Source: Candidatus Poribacteria bacterium
GTDB lineage: Bacteria; Poribacteria; WGA-4E; PCPOR2b
NCBI GenBank assembly: GCA_965208675.1
Contig: OZ242351.1
Coordinates: 1,888,001 to 1,952,000, forward strand
Reading direction: 5' to 3'
DNA: 64,000 nt
A program made the translations under genes and the position numbers. How positions within the stretch are numbered: the first letter of the stretch is position 1; every line of letters starts with the position of its first letter. The notes below the pieces were generated by a model, which was given only the letters and a program-made list of their open reading frames with translations, had not been told where the DNA came from and did no database searches. Shown piece by piece: positions 10,370 through 19,990 of the stretch.

Positions 10370-13201
10370 ATGGCAAATCGCGAGAAATGTTCTTATCAAA
10401 ATTCACGTATCAATTTCAAAAAATCTGCGCTAATCTTTCTGATTTTTAGCATTTTGCAAGTGAATCAAATGAATCAAACCTACGCGGACATTGTCAAAAT
10501 CCAGTCAGGTGATTCGGTAAGCCGCGACAATTTGGGACACAGCGTATCCATCAGTGGAGAATACGCCATCGTTGGCGCTCCGGGACAAATCGGTGATTCC
10601 GGCACGGCGCAAATTTTCTCTCTGAGCGAAAGAGGTTGGGCTAGGCAAGTAAAACTCACCGGCAGCGATCCGGCGCCCAGCGACAGATTCGGTTCGAGTG
10701 TCTCTTTAAGAGGGGATTACGCCATTGTTGGCGCGCCGGGAGACGCAACACTAGGACCAGACGCAGGCGCAGCGTACGTCTTCATTAGCAAACAGACCGG
10801 TTGGGCACTACAGGCAAAACTAATCCCGTCCGACGGAGAGCCGGAAGACCTATTTGGATTCTCAGTCGCAATGGATGGCGATACCGTTATCGTTGGATCT
10901 CACCGGAGCAACGTGCCCGGTGCAGATGCCGGCAGTGCCTATATCTTTGTGCGCCGCGGGTCTGATTGGATTCAACAGGCAAGACTAATCGCCAATGATG
11001 CGAATGAATTTGAGTGGTTCGGTTACGCTGTCGCCATCAGCGGAGACACCGCCATCGTTGGAGCAATTCGATCCAATTCAACAGGTAAAGATTCGGGGGC
11101 GGCGTATATCTTCGTGCGGAACGGCGACCTTTGGACGCAACAGGCGAAACTTGTCGGAGATAACACAGAACCGCGAGACAACTTTGGATTCTCTGTTGCT
11201 GTCAGCGGAGATATTGTTGTCATTGGTTCGCCCGGCAACACCTCTACGGGTTCCGCATATATTTTTGAGCGTGAAGGCGCCGAATGGGTTCAGCGCAGGA
11301 ACCGTGTTCGGCTTCGGATGTTTCCATACGATCCAAGAGGCAAGGGGTTGATCCAAAAGTCAGCGTCAGGCTTCGGTTACTCCGTTGCAATCACCGGAAA
11401 GAAAATCATTATCGGATCGCAATCCACCAAGATAGGAACGGCGGCAGTGGGTACAGCGTACATCTTCGAGCCCGATGAAGGAACTTTTTGGAGACAATCA
11501 GAACAACTTGCCGCAAGCAACGGAAAAAGGGACGATAAATTTGGCGCCGCGGTTGACATCGGTGAAGACTACCTGATTGTCGGGGCGCCGTCGCACAGCG
11601 CCGGCGGGAGCGACTCCGGCGTGTCCTATATCTTTGCACTCCATGAGAATGGTTGGACGCAGCGCGGAATTCTTGTTGATGACGATACCGCAATAGATGA
11701 CCGGTTTGGCGGAGCAGTATCTATCAGTGGTAACACTGCTATTGTTGGCGCACAAGAAAATGACGATGCCGGAAGCAACGCCGGCGCCGCTTATGTCTTC
11801 GAGCGTCAAGGCACAAATTGGGCGTTGCAAGCCAAACTCTTTTCTAACGAGGCAACATTGGGTGAACTGTTCGGATGCGCCGTCTCAATAAGCGGTGATG
11901 TCGCGCTCATTGGCGCGTGCGGCAATGATGACAATGGTCCTAGCGCCGGCGCCGCCTATGTCTTCATGCGTCACGGTATCGATTGGATTCAGGCGGCGAA
12001 ACTCATAGGCGGCGACACAAGGATGTTTGACCATTTCGGCGCTTCTGTTGCTATCGACGGCACAACCGCCGTTATTGGGGCATTTGGCAACGACAATGCC
12101 GGAGAAAACTCCGGTGCGGCCTACATCTTCACAAGCAACGGAAATACCTGGACGCAACAAGCCAAAATTACGAGTGACGACGCCATTACAGAGGACCTGT
12201 TCGGATTCTCTGTATCGGTTAGCGGTGATACTGCCATCGTCGGCGCCCATCAGAATGACGCCGCTGGCCCTGATTCTGGCGCCGCCTACGTCTTCGCGCG
12301 CAACGGCACGCGTTGGCAGCAACAAACAAAACTGCAACCCAAAGATGCGGGAATCGGCGACGAATTTGGTTACGCGGTAGCTATCCACGAGAATTTGCTC
12401 GTCGTGGGAGCGCGCAAGGACGATCACGCGGAAATCGACGCCGGATCGGCGTATATCTTTATTCGAAACGAGGAAGGTTGGCAACAGGATGAGAAGATTG
12501 TCGCGGACGACGCCGGGTTAGCGGATGAATTCGGCGCAGCTGTCGCTATAAATGGAAATCGCGTTCTCGTTGGCGCGTGGAAGGACGATCACCCTTTACT
12601 CCGCGATACAGATGACCCAGCCGAGGAAATTGATAAAGGGTCGGTGTATCCCTTCTTGCGTAGCGGATTTTTCTGGACTCAGAAGGAGAGAATTAACGCG
12701 CTTAGTCCATTCCGCTATGAGCAATTTGGCGTGGCTGTCGCCATTAGCAGAAATTTTGCCATTGTTGGAGGGCCCGGCAACGATGAAGCCGGAAATGACG
12801 CAGGGGCGGCATATATCTTCAATCCCAGGTCGCTCAATTTTATCCTGCCCAACGAGTCGTTCGCCGTTGAACCGTCTTCGAAAAAGATAACATCGCTCGG
12901 ACAAATCAAACGATCATCGCTCCTCCAGAATTACCCCAATCCGTTTAATCCCGAAACCTGGATTCCCTATCGGCTCTCAACGGCGGCAAATGTTGAAATT
13001 TTAATCTATGGTATTACCGGAAATCACGTCCGCACGCTTCAGTTAGGCAATAAAGCCAGAGGAGCGTATACTGTAAAGGATGAAGCCGCTTACTGGGACG
13101 GCCGAAATGATACGGGTGAGCGGGTTTCCAGCGGGATATATTTCTATCGTTTGTCAGCGGGCGATTATGCTGCTACTCGGCGGATGGTGATTGTCGAATG
13201 A
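10370..13201 (+). CDS. FG-GAP repeat (integrin-like beta-propeller) protein with C-terminal FlgD/T9SS-like domain
   Basis: About 14 FGxSVAISGDTAIVGA...GAAYIF repeats; ends with NYPNPFNPETWIPY...YWDGRNDTGERVSSGIYFY. Start uncertain. Confidence 0.9.
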   Translation: MANREKCSYQNSRINFKKSALIFLIFSILQVNQMNQTYADIVKIQSGDSVSRDNLGHSVSISGEYAIVGAPGQIGDSGTAQIFSLSERGWARQVKLTGSDPAPSDRFGSSVSLRGDYAIVGAPGDATLGPDAGAAYVFISKQTGWALQAKLIPSDGEPEDLFGFSVAMDGDTVIVGSHRSNVPGADAGSAYIFVRRGSDWIQQARLIANDANEFEWFGYAVAISGDTAIVGAIRSNSTGKDSGAAYIFVRNGDLWTQQAKLVGDNTEPRDNFGFSVAVSGDIVVIGSPGNTSTGSAYIFEREGAEWVQRRNRVRLRMFPYDPRGKGLIQKSASGFGYSVAITGKKIIIGSQSTKIGTAAVGTAYIFEPDEGTFWRQSEQLAASNGKRDDKFGAAVDIGEDYLIVGAPSHSAGGSDSGVSYIFALHENGWTQRGILVDDDTAIDDRFGGAVSISGNTAIVGAQENDDAGSNAGAAYVFERQGTNWALQAKLFSNEATLGELFGCAVSISGDVALIGACGNDDNGPSAGAAYVFMRHGIDWIQAAKLIGGDTRMFDHFGASVAIDGTTAVIGAFGNDNAGENSGAAYIFTSNGNTWTQQAKITSDDAITEDLFGFSVSVSGDTAIVGAHQNDAAGPDSGAAYVFARNGTRWQQQTKLQPKDAGIGDEFGYAVAIHENLLVVGARKDDHAEIDAGSAYIFIRNEEGWQQDEKIVADDAGLADEFGAAVAINGNRVLVGAWKDDHPLLRDTDDPAEEIDKGSVYPFLRSGFFWTQKERINALSPFRYEQFGVAVAISRNFAIVGGPGNDEAGNDAGAAYIFNPRSLNFILPNESFAVEPSSKKITSLGQIKRSSLLQNYPNPFNPETWIPYRLSTAANVEILIYGITGNHVRTLQLGNKARGAYTVKDEAAYWDGRNDTGERVSSGIYFYRLSAGDYAATRRMVIVE

Positions 13202-13266
13202 GCGCAGCGGTCAACAACCACCATGGAAACCGAGTCGTAAGAAGTTGGCGCGGCAGCGGGCTTCAA

Positions 13267-15726
13267 TTAGCTTGTGTCTGTAATGATTAACGGATCAAGC
13301 TCGTGCGATGCTTTGATTTGGTCAATCAATTCCGCGGCTTTTTCCTTATCGCTAAACTGGCCGACAGTCACACGATACCACTGCTCAGAATCAATCATCA
13401 CCGGAGCAAGATGAACTGCTTCCTCCAAGCCTAACGATTGCAATAACTCAACGAGCACTTCAGCGTTCTCTCGGCTTTTGAATGAACTCACTAGCAGTGT
13501 GTACTTTGGCGCGTACATGGATTCAGCTTCAATCGCGTCTTTTTCAGTGTATTGCGATGCCGAAACCGCCGCGTTTTCCTGCTCTTGTGATTCCGCCTCA
13601 TCTTTGATTACTACTACTTCAACACGCCGATTTTTTCGTCGATTCGCCTCTGTTTCATTATCGGCGACGGGCCGCTCTTCACCATAGCCGATAGCCGACA
13701 ACTGCGATGGGTCGATATCAAATTCATCTACAAGATACATCATAACCGCATCCGCACGTTTTCGAGACAACTCGAGATTGAATGCGGCATCGCCGCGGTC
13801 GTCAGTGTGCCCTTCGATAACGGCTCGAGCGTACGGGTCAGCGTTGAGTGCTTCTGCCACTTTTTCGAGTGATGATCGAGACTCATCATTGATTTCGAAC
13901 GAGTTTGAGTCGAATGCCAATCCCGGCGTCGCCAGTATTTGTTCGCGCGCCTCACTTTGTTCAATCACGGCAGGCTCTTCGTCAAGCCCTCTCTGCAAAT
14001 CAATGAACGCGAAGGTGGTTTCGTTAGTTGAACGATTCCCCGCAAGGTCGTGGACCGTAAGTCCGCATCTGTATCGGGGATCCGCGCCCGCGGGAAGGCC
14101 GTGTCGGCGCCAGTTGTTCCAAACCATCGTATTCGGCGGAGTGCCCTCTCCTTTAATCTGGTCGATAGCGCGGCCGGTATCGTTGAAGAAATTAAACTCC
14201 CAGTGCGTAATCGGATTCTGGTCTGAAGCCTGCACATGAACGGTCGGCACGTTGACAACTAAGTCGTTGCTTGCAAATTCATCGTGAGGTTGTGCGCCCG
14301 CCTGCGTCGACAAAATCAGCGGTTCTGCGGATACTTTCAGCACAGCAGGGGTCGTATCAACGATAAATGCCATTTTGCGCTGTGGAAGTCGCTTGCCTGC
14401 CTCATCCGAATAGATGAGTTGCGCGGTGTACCGCCCATCACCCACTGGATTCCCTTCCACATCCTTCCCATTCCACTCAACGGCTTTCATCGGTTTTCCT
14501 GTGCCAGAAAACGTCTGTACCGTTTCGCGAAACTCGTTCCGGATTTCCAATTGCCAAGCGGCATCTTCAGCTACGTCAATTTCAAAAACCGCCATGTCCT
14601 TGACCCCATCGCCGTTTGGCGAGATGGCTTCTTCAGACATCCGCAAACCTGTTTGAACCTGCTGCGGCATCAATATCTGTGTCGGTTCCGGCAGTTCCGC
14701 GGGTTTCATCGGTTGCGCTTCTGCCGCGGTTACGATTGGCGGTTGATGCGCAGGCGTGCTTTCGGATCCGCCCCAACGTATCGTCGCCGAAATCCAATGG
14801 ATTCCCTGATCCAATTCATTTCCACTAACGTAAGCATAGTCAACCTGCCCGGAATCACTGCGAACCCCAAATCCCCTCGACCATTCACCTTCTGTGAATC
14901 GGTCGTAGTTGGCGATTCCCGTATAGCCGATTCGGAGGCCAAATCGATTATTGAATAACCATCTCTCTGCACCTAAATGCGTCCGAAAGCGATTCTGCCA
15001 ATGGTCTTGTTTATCGTTGTGGAGGACGATATCGCCGGAAAAGATAGTGTTGCCGTCGAGGCGGTAGGTCGTTCCGAGCCGGGTTATAGGCGCTATTTTT
15101 TTGACAAGCTGCCCGTTTTCAAAGAAATGCCCTCCCAACTCTTCAAAAGCCAAGCCGAAGGCGAGTCGACGACCTTCACGGTGCAAATCCCGTGAAAACG
15201 AAAAGCCCAAATCGAAACTCCATCCGAGCTGTGTCCGCAATGCAAAGTTTCGGCGATGATGGCGAATCGCCGCGCCGGCCGCAACATCCCGCCCTAACGA
15301 GAGGCCGTATCCGACCATCATGAGCCGGTTCACTTCAACATCGTTTCCCCATCCATCAAACCACGAGGATACAGACACATTCCCGATATTTTGCTTTGCA
15401 ATTCCTAATTCCTGCGGATTGAGTGCAAATGAAAAGGCGGCTTCACGTTTTCCAGCGGATTCCGAGAATGGCAACCCGACCAGCGTTGTCTCTGAACCGT
15501 TCAAGTAGCCTAACGCTGAAGCATTCCAAAAAAGGCTGTCACTCGACGATTCACCAGCGGTGAATGCGCTCCCCATTCCGAGCGCCCGAACATTAGTTCC
15601 AACGAATATCCGGCGGCGATGCTCGAAATCTGAATTTGTCAACCCAATTGATGTGAGCCCTAATGAGAAGATGAATATTGCCAATGCCAACTGTGCGTAA
15701 ACTGTAAGATTGTTGTGAGTTTTCAT
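13267..15726 (-). CDS. Outer-membrane protein: PorV/FadL-like barrel + FlgD-Ig + OmpA C-terminal domain + SPOR domain
   Basis: Signal peptide, RALGMGSAFTA..SLFWNASAL, ISPNGDGVKD..WNGKD, IEGHTD..NLELSRKRA..GYGEERP..NRRVE, YTLLVSSF..WYRVTVGQF. Confidence 0.85.
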   Translation of the reverse strand: MKTHNNLTVYAQLALAIFIFSLGLTSIGLTNSDFEHRRRIFVGTNVRALGMGSAFTAGESSSDSLFWNASALGYLNGSETTLVGLPFSESAGKREAAFSFALNPQELGIAKQNIGNVSVSSWFDGWGNDVEVNRLMMVGYGLSLGRDVAAGAAIRHHRRNFALRTQLGWSFDLGFSFSRDLHREGRRLAFGLAFEELGGHFFENGQLVKKIAPITRLGTTYRLDGNTIFSGDIVLHNDKQDHWQNRFRTHLGAERWLFNNRFGLRIGYTGIANYDRFTEGEWSRGFGVRSDSGQVDYAYVSGNELDQGIHWISATIRWGGSESTPAHQPPIVTAAEAQPMKPAELPEPTQILMPQQVQTGLRMSEEAISPNGDGVKDMAVFEIDVAEDAAWQLEIRNEFRETVQTFSGTGKPMKAVEWNGKDVEGNPVGDGRYTAQLIYSDEAGKRLPQRKMAFIVDTTPAVLKVSAEPLILSTQAGAQPHDEFASNDLVVNVPTVHVQASDQNPITHWEFNFFNDTGRAIDQIKGEGTPPNTMVWNNWRRHGLPAGADPRYRCGLTVHDLAGNRSTNETTFAFIDLQRGLDEEPAVIEQSEAREQILATPGLAFDSNSFEINDESRSSLEKVAEALNADPYARAVIEGHTDDRGDAAFNLELSRKRADAVMMYLVDEFDIDPSQLSAIGYGEERPVADNETEANRRKNRRVEVVVIKDEAESQEQENAAVSASQYTEKDAIEAESMYAPKYTLLVSSFKSRENAEVLVELLQSLGLEEAVHLAPVMIDSEQWYRVTVGQFSDKEKAAELIDQIKASHELDPLIITDTS

Positions 15727-15997
15727 GGTACAAGCTCCACTTCTGAGTTGTGTGTTGTATTGCGCTGCCGCGCCATACAGTGTCCTCTATTATATGAACA
15801 TTAACATCGCAGAACAATTTTGCCATACAAACGACTTTAATTGACTGATGGATACAAAAAAGGGGACGAATCATGGTCATACATGGGGTGGGGAGCTTGT
15901 GTCGTTTACGCCGCGGCTGCAACTAATCATGAAACGTCGAACGCAACAACTCAATGCCGCAAACGCAGTCAGGTTCGGCTATTGTGGTGAGAACGGC

Positions 15998-16891
15998 TTA
16001 ATTTGCGCTGCTAGATTTTGCAAGAAACTCTTCAGCGAACGCAATAATCGCTTCTGCGACCTTGATGCCGGTCGACGCTTCGACCTCCTCAAAGCCGGGC
16101 GATGGATTGACCTCTAATACCAGCGGGCCCGCGGATGTTTGCAACAAATCAACGCCAGCCACTTCTAGTCCCATCGCAGCCGTGGCGCGAAGCGCTGTGT
16201 CAATGTATTCGTCTGTGAGATGAATCGGATGTCCTTCCCCGCCGCGATGGATATTTGTCCTAAACTCCCCTGCGGGCGCCGTACGCCGCATCGCGGCGAC
16301 TACCTTTCCGCCGACAACAATTACGCGTGCATCATGTCCCGAAGATTCCTGGATAAACGGCTGAATAACGTAATCTTGATGCAGGTCGCACATTGCATCA
16401 ACCGCAGAGGCGAGGGAGGTCTGCGTATCCAGAAGTAGAAACGCCTTCCCGTGCGTTCCTTCGAACGGTTTCATGATGAACGGGAATTCGCCCGTCTCCT
16501 GGACGCATCGATCCAAAAATTGAGCTGAGCCGGCGGTGAAACTCGGCGGTACCGGCAAACCGTGTTGAGCGAGGATGCGGAGGGTTCGGAATTTGTTCCG
16601 GGCATTGGCAATCGATTGCGCCCGGTTGATGGCGGAGACGCCGGCCCATTCAAAGTGTGCAATGACCTCCTCGCCGTATTTCGCGGTGGAAGAACTCAGG
16701 CGAGGCAGAACGACATCGAAATCGTCGACCGGGGAATCTTCGTAGTAAATCTGCCTCCCTTCACCGCCAACGTGGAGGTAAAACCCGAATGGGTTGAGGA
16801 CAAATGGAGTATGCCCCATCGCACGGGAAGAATCAACCAATCGTCGGGTCGCATAATTCTGGCTGGCGAGGGAGAGGATAGCAATCTTCAT
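15998..16891 (-). CDS. rimK: RimK-family alpha-L-glutamate ligase (ATP-grasp)
   Basis: MKIAILS, DVVLPRL, KPFEGTHG, GEFRTNIHRGG, AGVDLL, LEVNPSPG. Confidence 0.88.
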   Translation of the reverse strand: MKIAILSLASQNYATRRLVDSSRAMGHTPFVLNPFGFYLHVGGEGRQIYYEDSPVDDFDVVLPRLSSSTAKYGEEVIAHFEWAGVSAINRAQSIANARNKFRTLRILAQHGLPVPPSFTAGSAQFLDRCVQETGEFPFIMKPFEGTHGKAFLLLDTQTSLASAVDAMCDLHQDYVIQPFIQESSGHDARVIVVGGKVVAAMRRTAPAGEFRTNIHRGGEGHPIHLTDEYIDTALRATAAMGLEVAGVDLLQTSAGPLVLEVNPSPGFEEVEASTGIKVAEAIIAFAEEFLAKSSSAN

Positions 16892-17059
16892 GTTTTCCTA
16901 ATGCGCAATATAACAGGAATGTGTCCGTTACGAAACACGCAAATAATAACACAAATTGACCCGAATATCAAAACCAAGCGGTCAGAGCGTTGTTACTCGT
17001 CGAGCCAAAGCCCAATCATACGAACGCTAAGCGAGCGCGATAGTCGTCGCCCGCTGGGA

Positions 17060-17090
17060 GAAACCAAGTTTTTTAGAAAAACTCGGTTTC
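17060..17090. repeat. Palindromic dispersed repeat GAAACC(A/G)AGTTTT..AAAACTCGGTTTC
   Basis: Imperfect hairpin; same family as the tandem pair at 38165-38246. Confidence 0.75.
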
Positions 17091-17220
17091 ATTCTGGACG
17101 CATTGAGAAACGGCGTTTTCCGCTTGACAGCCTCAACGGAACTGGGTCAAAATACGGCGAGTGACTACGGTTTAATCCGGGGCGCGACGGCATTTATGTG
17201 AAGCTGTCCGCAATCGTAGG

Positions 17221-17252
17221 GGATCAACCGAGTGAATAGCGAGGGCGATAGT
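17221..17252 (+). repeat. ~33-bp dispersed repeat GGATCAACYGA..GA.TAG.GA.GGCGATAGT
   Basis: Also at 29611-29642 (+) and as reverse complement at 33238, 33345 and 33467. Confidence 0.8.
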
Positions 17253-17464
17253 GTTTGTCTGGTCATCTCGCCCTTTGACCAACACCGCTATCGGCCCGCC
17301 GCCCATACAGATTTGATGTGTGAATAGAGGGTTAGGCGCCCCAACCCCTACGGTGGATTATGTGTCTGTGCGGTTATGATTTAACGCCGTCTGGACCTAA
17401 TGTCTGCCAATAACGCGGTCCCAGATGCACCATTTCCTATCATCAGCCAATCTTTGAACTGAAG

Positions 17465-18331
17465 ATGACCCACTATCAAGAGGTGCGTAAGTTTCTTAAC
17501 CGCACTGGAACCCGCCCTAGAAAAAGGCTAGGTCAGAATTTTTTGATTGAGCCAAGCGTTTTAGAAAAGATTGCCGACGCTGCAGCATTCACGGGCATAG
17601 ATTCTGTATTGGAGATCGGAGCAGGGTTGGGTTTTCTGACATCAGCACTGGCTGGAAAAGCCAAACAAGTCATTGCGATAGAGGTAGACAACGTATTATT
17701 TCGAGAATTACAGTGTAGATTTACGGATTTTCCGCAGGTTAGGTTGATTCACGGCGATGTTCTCAAAGTAAACCTCTCTCCTTTGCTCAACCAATTCTCT
17801 CGCTCCAATTCAAAAGTCATCGCAAATTTGCCTTATTCCATCACGACCCCAATCATCTGGAAGTTGTTGGGCCACCATAAACAGATTGGAATCTGTGTCC
17901 TGATGATGCAAAAGGAGGTTGCTGAACGAATTGTTGCACCACCGGGCCGCAAAACTTACGGGGCGCTCACAGTTGGAATTTCTTACTACGCCGAAACCGA
18001 GATTGTCGATGTTCTTCCACCAGATTGTTTCTATCCGGCGCCGCAGGTCGAATCTGCAATTGTCAAGCTCAAGATACGAGATGCACCGAAGGTTCGCGTC
18101 GCTGATGAAGCCTTATTCTTTCGGATTGTTCGCGCGTCGTTCCAAGCGCGCCGCAAAATGTTGCGAAACGCGCTGCTAAAAAATAACGTTCCTATCACCG
18201 CCGAAGCACTGGATTCCGTTTGTGACAAACTTGCAATTGATCCACGCCGGCGGGGCGAAACATTGGAAATTTCAGAGTTTGCCGCCCTTGCAAACGGCGT
18301 TGCGGAATTAAACAATGGCCCAGGACGTTAG
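17465..18331 (+). CDS. rsmA: 16S rRNA adenine dimethyltransferase KsgA/RsmA
   Basis: KRLGQNFL, LEIGAGLG, ANLPYSITTP, QKEVAERI, FYPAPQVES, RRKMLRN. Confidence 0.97.
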   Translation: MTHYQEVRKFLNRTGTRPRKRLGQNFLIEPSVLEKIADAAAFTGIDSVLEIGAGLGFLTSALAGKAKQVIAIEVDNVLFRELQCRFTDFPQVRLIHGDVLKVNLSPLLNQFSRSNSKVIANLPYSITTPIIWKLLGHHKQIGICVLMMQKEVAERIVAPPGRKTYGALTVGISYYAETEIVDVLPPDCFYPAPQVESAIVKLKIRDAPKVRVADEALFFRIVRASFQARRKMLRNALLKNNVPITAEALDSVCDKLAIDPRRRGETLEISEFAALANGVAELNNGPGR

Positions 18332-18445
18332 CTTCTAACGATTGAGCGCGCGGCGATTCTATTGCAACCAGCATTGACCCCCTACGACAAATGCAAACCC
18401 GCAAGCCAAAGTAAAAACGTCCGAACCGAACTAAAACTGTACATT

Positions 18446-19975
18446 ATGCAAAAAAATTACATTTACGTCCTCATATTAGCCGCGCCGCTGGTGTTTTCTT
18501 GCGCTCGCTCGAACCCTCCTCACGAGATTCAGCCTCCGGTTGTCCATGCCCCGGCGATTGACGCTGCATCCGCGGCGTATTCCGATGCTTCAACTAAACA
18601 CCGGCAAATGGCTCACGGTCGAGTTCCGGCGTCAAATGAGGCCTGGGCGTCTCTCATAGAGGAATTTCAGGGCATCATTGACGCAGATGCGAAAGGTGAA
18701 TGGGCGGACGATGCACAATACGCGATAGGTTCTTGCTGGATGTGGTTGAGACAGGACGCTGAGTTGCCGCCGATTCAGCGGGCGATTGGCGCGTTTCAAA
18801 AGTTGATTCAAGATTATCCCGAATCGCCGCATGTCCCTGAAGCGCACTACTGGCTAGGGCATTGCCACGCACTTCTCGGCGACCATAATCGGGCTGCGAC
18901 GTACTACCAGAAGGTGATTAGCCAATACCTCGATCATCCGATCGCCGATGAAGCACAGTTACAGCTCAGCCGGTCTTATGAACGCCAACGCCACTTTACC
19001 TTGGCAAAGACCACATACCAAGCCCTTTCGGAGCGTAGTAATAACCCTGAGATTATCGCCCAAGCTAAGGAACGCATTGCTAATCTGCAGTCTAAAGAGA
19101 TTGAACCTACCGCCGCTAACACGAGCAGTTTGCCGCCCAAACCAATCGAACGGGCGCCGGTACTTCCTAAGCCGCAACCACCAAAAAAGGCGCCAATATT
19201 ACGAAAGACAGCACCTACGCCTGCAAAAAAGGAGGCTGCGCCCGTCAAACCAATCGCCAATCCGTCGTTGATTCAACAACTCGGACTTGATGTAAAAACC
19301 ATCATCATAGATCCCGGGCACGGCGGAAGAGATCCCGGCGCGGTTAATCGGGCGAAGCAGGAAAAAAGTATTGTGCTAGGCATCTCAAAAATGCTCCGCG
19401 ATCTCTTGGTGGAAAAGGGGTATAAAGTTCGTATGACCCGTGAGACCGATGTCTATATCCCACTCGAAAATCGAGCAAAATTTGCAAAGAAGGGGCAAGG
19501 CGATCTTTTTATCAGCATTCATGCCAATGCCAGCCACAGCGCCAGCGCATCAGGAATCGAGACGTACTATCTCGCGCTCGCGTCCGATGAATCCGCGCGA
19601 ATAACCGCCGCACGAGAAAACGCAGGTACGAATTATAGCATTCAAGCACTCGATAAATTGGTGGGAGATATTCTCAAGGAAAGCAAGAGTTCAGAAAGCC
19701 GCAGCCTCGCACAGTTTATTCAAGAACAACTGGTTGCCGCAACGGGCGCAAGGAATCGCGGTGTAAAGCACGCGCCCTTTGTTGTGCTGATTGGCACCAA
19801 AGTGCCGTCGGTACTCGTCGAAATTGGGTTTCTATCCAATTCAACGGAAGCGAGAAAACTCGTTGCCAAGACTTACCAGCGTAAAATTGTCCGCGCGATT
19901 GCCGAGGGCATTGAGCGCTACGCCAGGAATTTTCCGCTTGCGGCGGCACATCTGAATCCAATAGCAAGCAACTAA
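18446..19975 (+). CDS. TPR-containing lipoprotein N-acetylmuramoyl-L-alanine amidase (Amidase_3)
   Basis: Lipobox LVFSC after ATG 18446, TPR repeats, Pro/Lys linker, IDPGHGGRDPGA, FISIHANA, PSVLVEIGFLSN. Confidence 0.9.
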   Translation: MQKNYIYVLILAAPLVFSCARSNPPHEIQPPVVHAPAIDAASAAYSDASTKHRQMAHGRVPASNEAWASLIEEFQGIIDADAKGEWADDAQYAIGSCWMWLRQDAELPPIQRAIGAFQKLIQDYPESPHVPEAHYWLGHCHALLGDHNRAATYYQKVISQYLDHPIADEAQLQLSRSYERQRHFTLAKTTYQALSERSNNPEIIAQAKERIANLQSKEIEPTAANTSSLPPKPIERAPVLPKPQPPKKAPILRKTAPTPAKKEAAPVKPIANPSLIQQLGLDVKTIIIDPGHGGRDPGAVNRAKQEKSIVLGISKMLRDLLVEKGYKVRMTRETDVYIPLENRAKFAKKGQGDLFISIHANASHSASASGIETYYLALASDESARITAARENAGTNYSIQALDKLVGDILKESKSSESRSLAQFIQEQLVAATGARNRGVKHAPFVVLIGTKVPSVLVEIGFLSNSTEARKLVAKTYQRKIVRAIAEGIERYARNFPLAAAHLNPIASN

Positions 19976-19990
19976 ATTACGAGGAACCCG

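Noticed and set aside
11885-14958. Long antisense ORFs (e.g. 11885-12484, 14284-14958; likewise 38861-39463, 58202-58792, 62251-62853)
   Set aside because: They fully overlap well-supported genes on the opposite strand and have no recognisable motifs.
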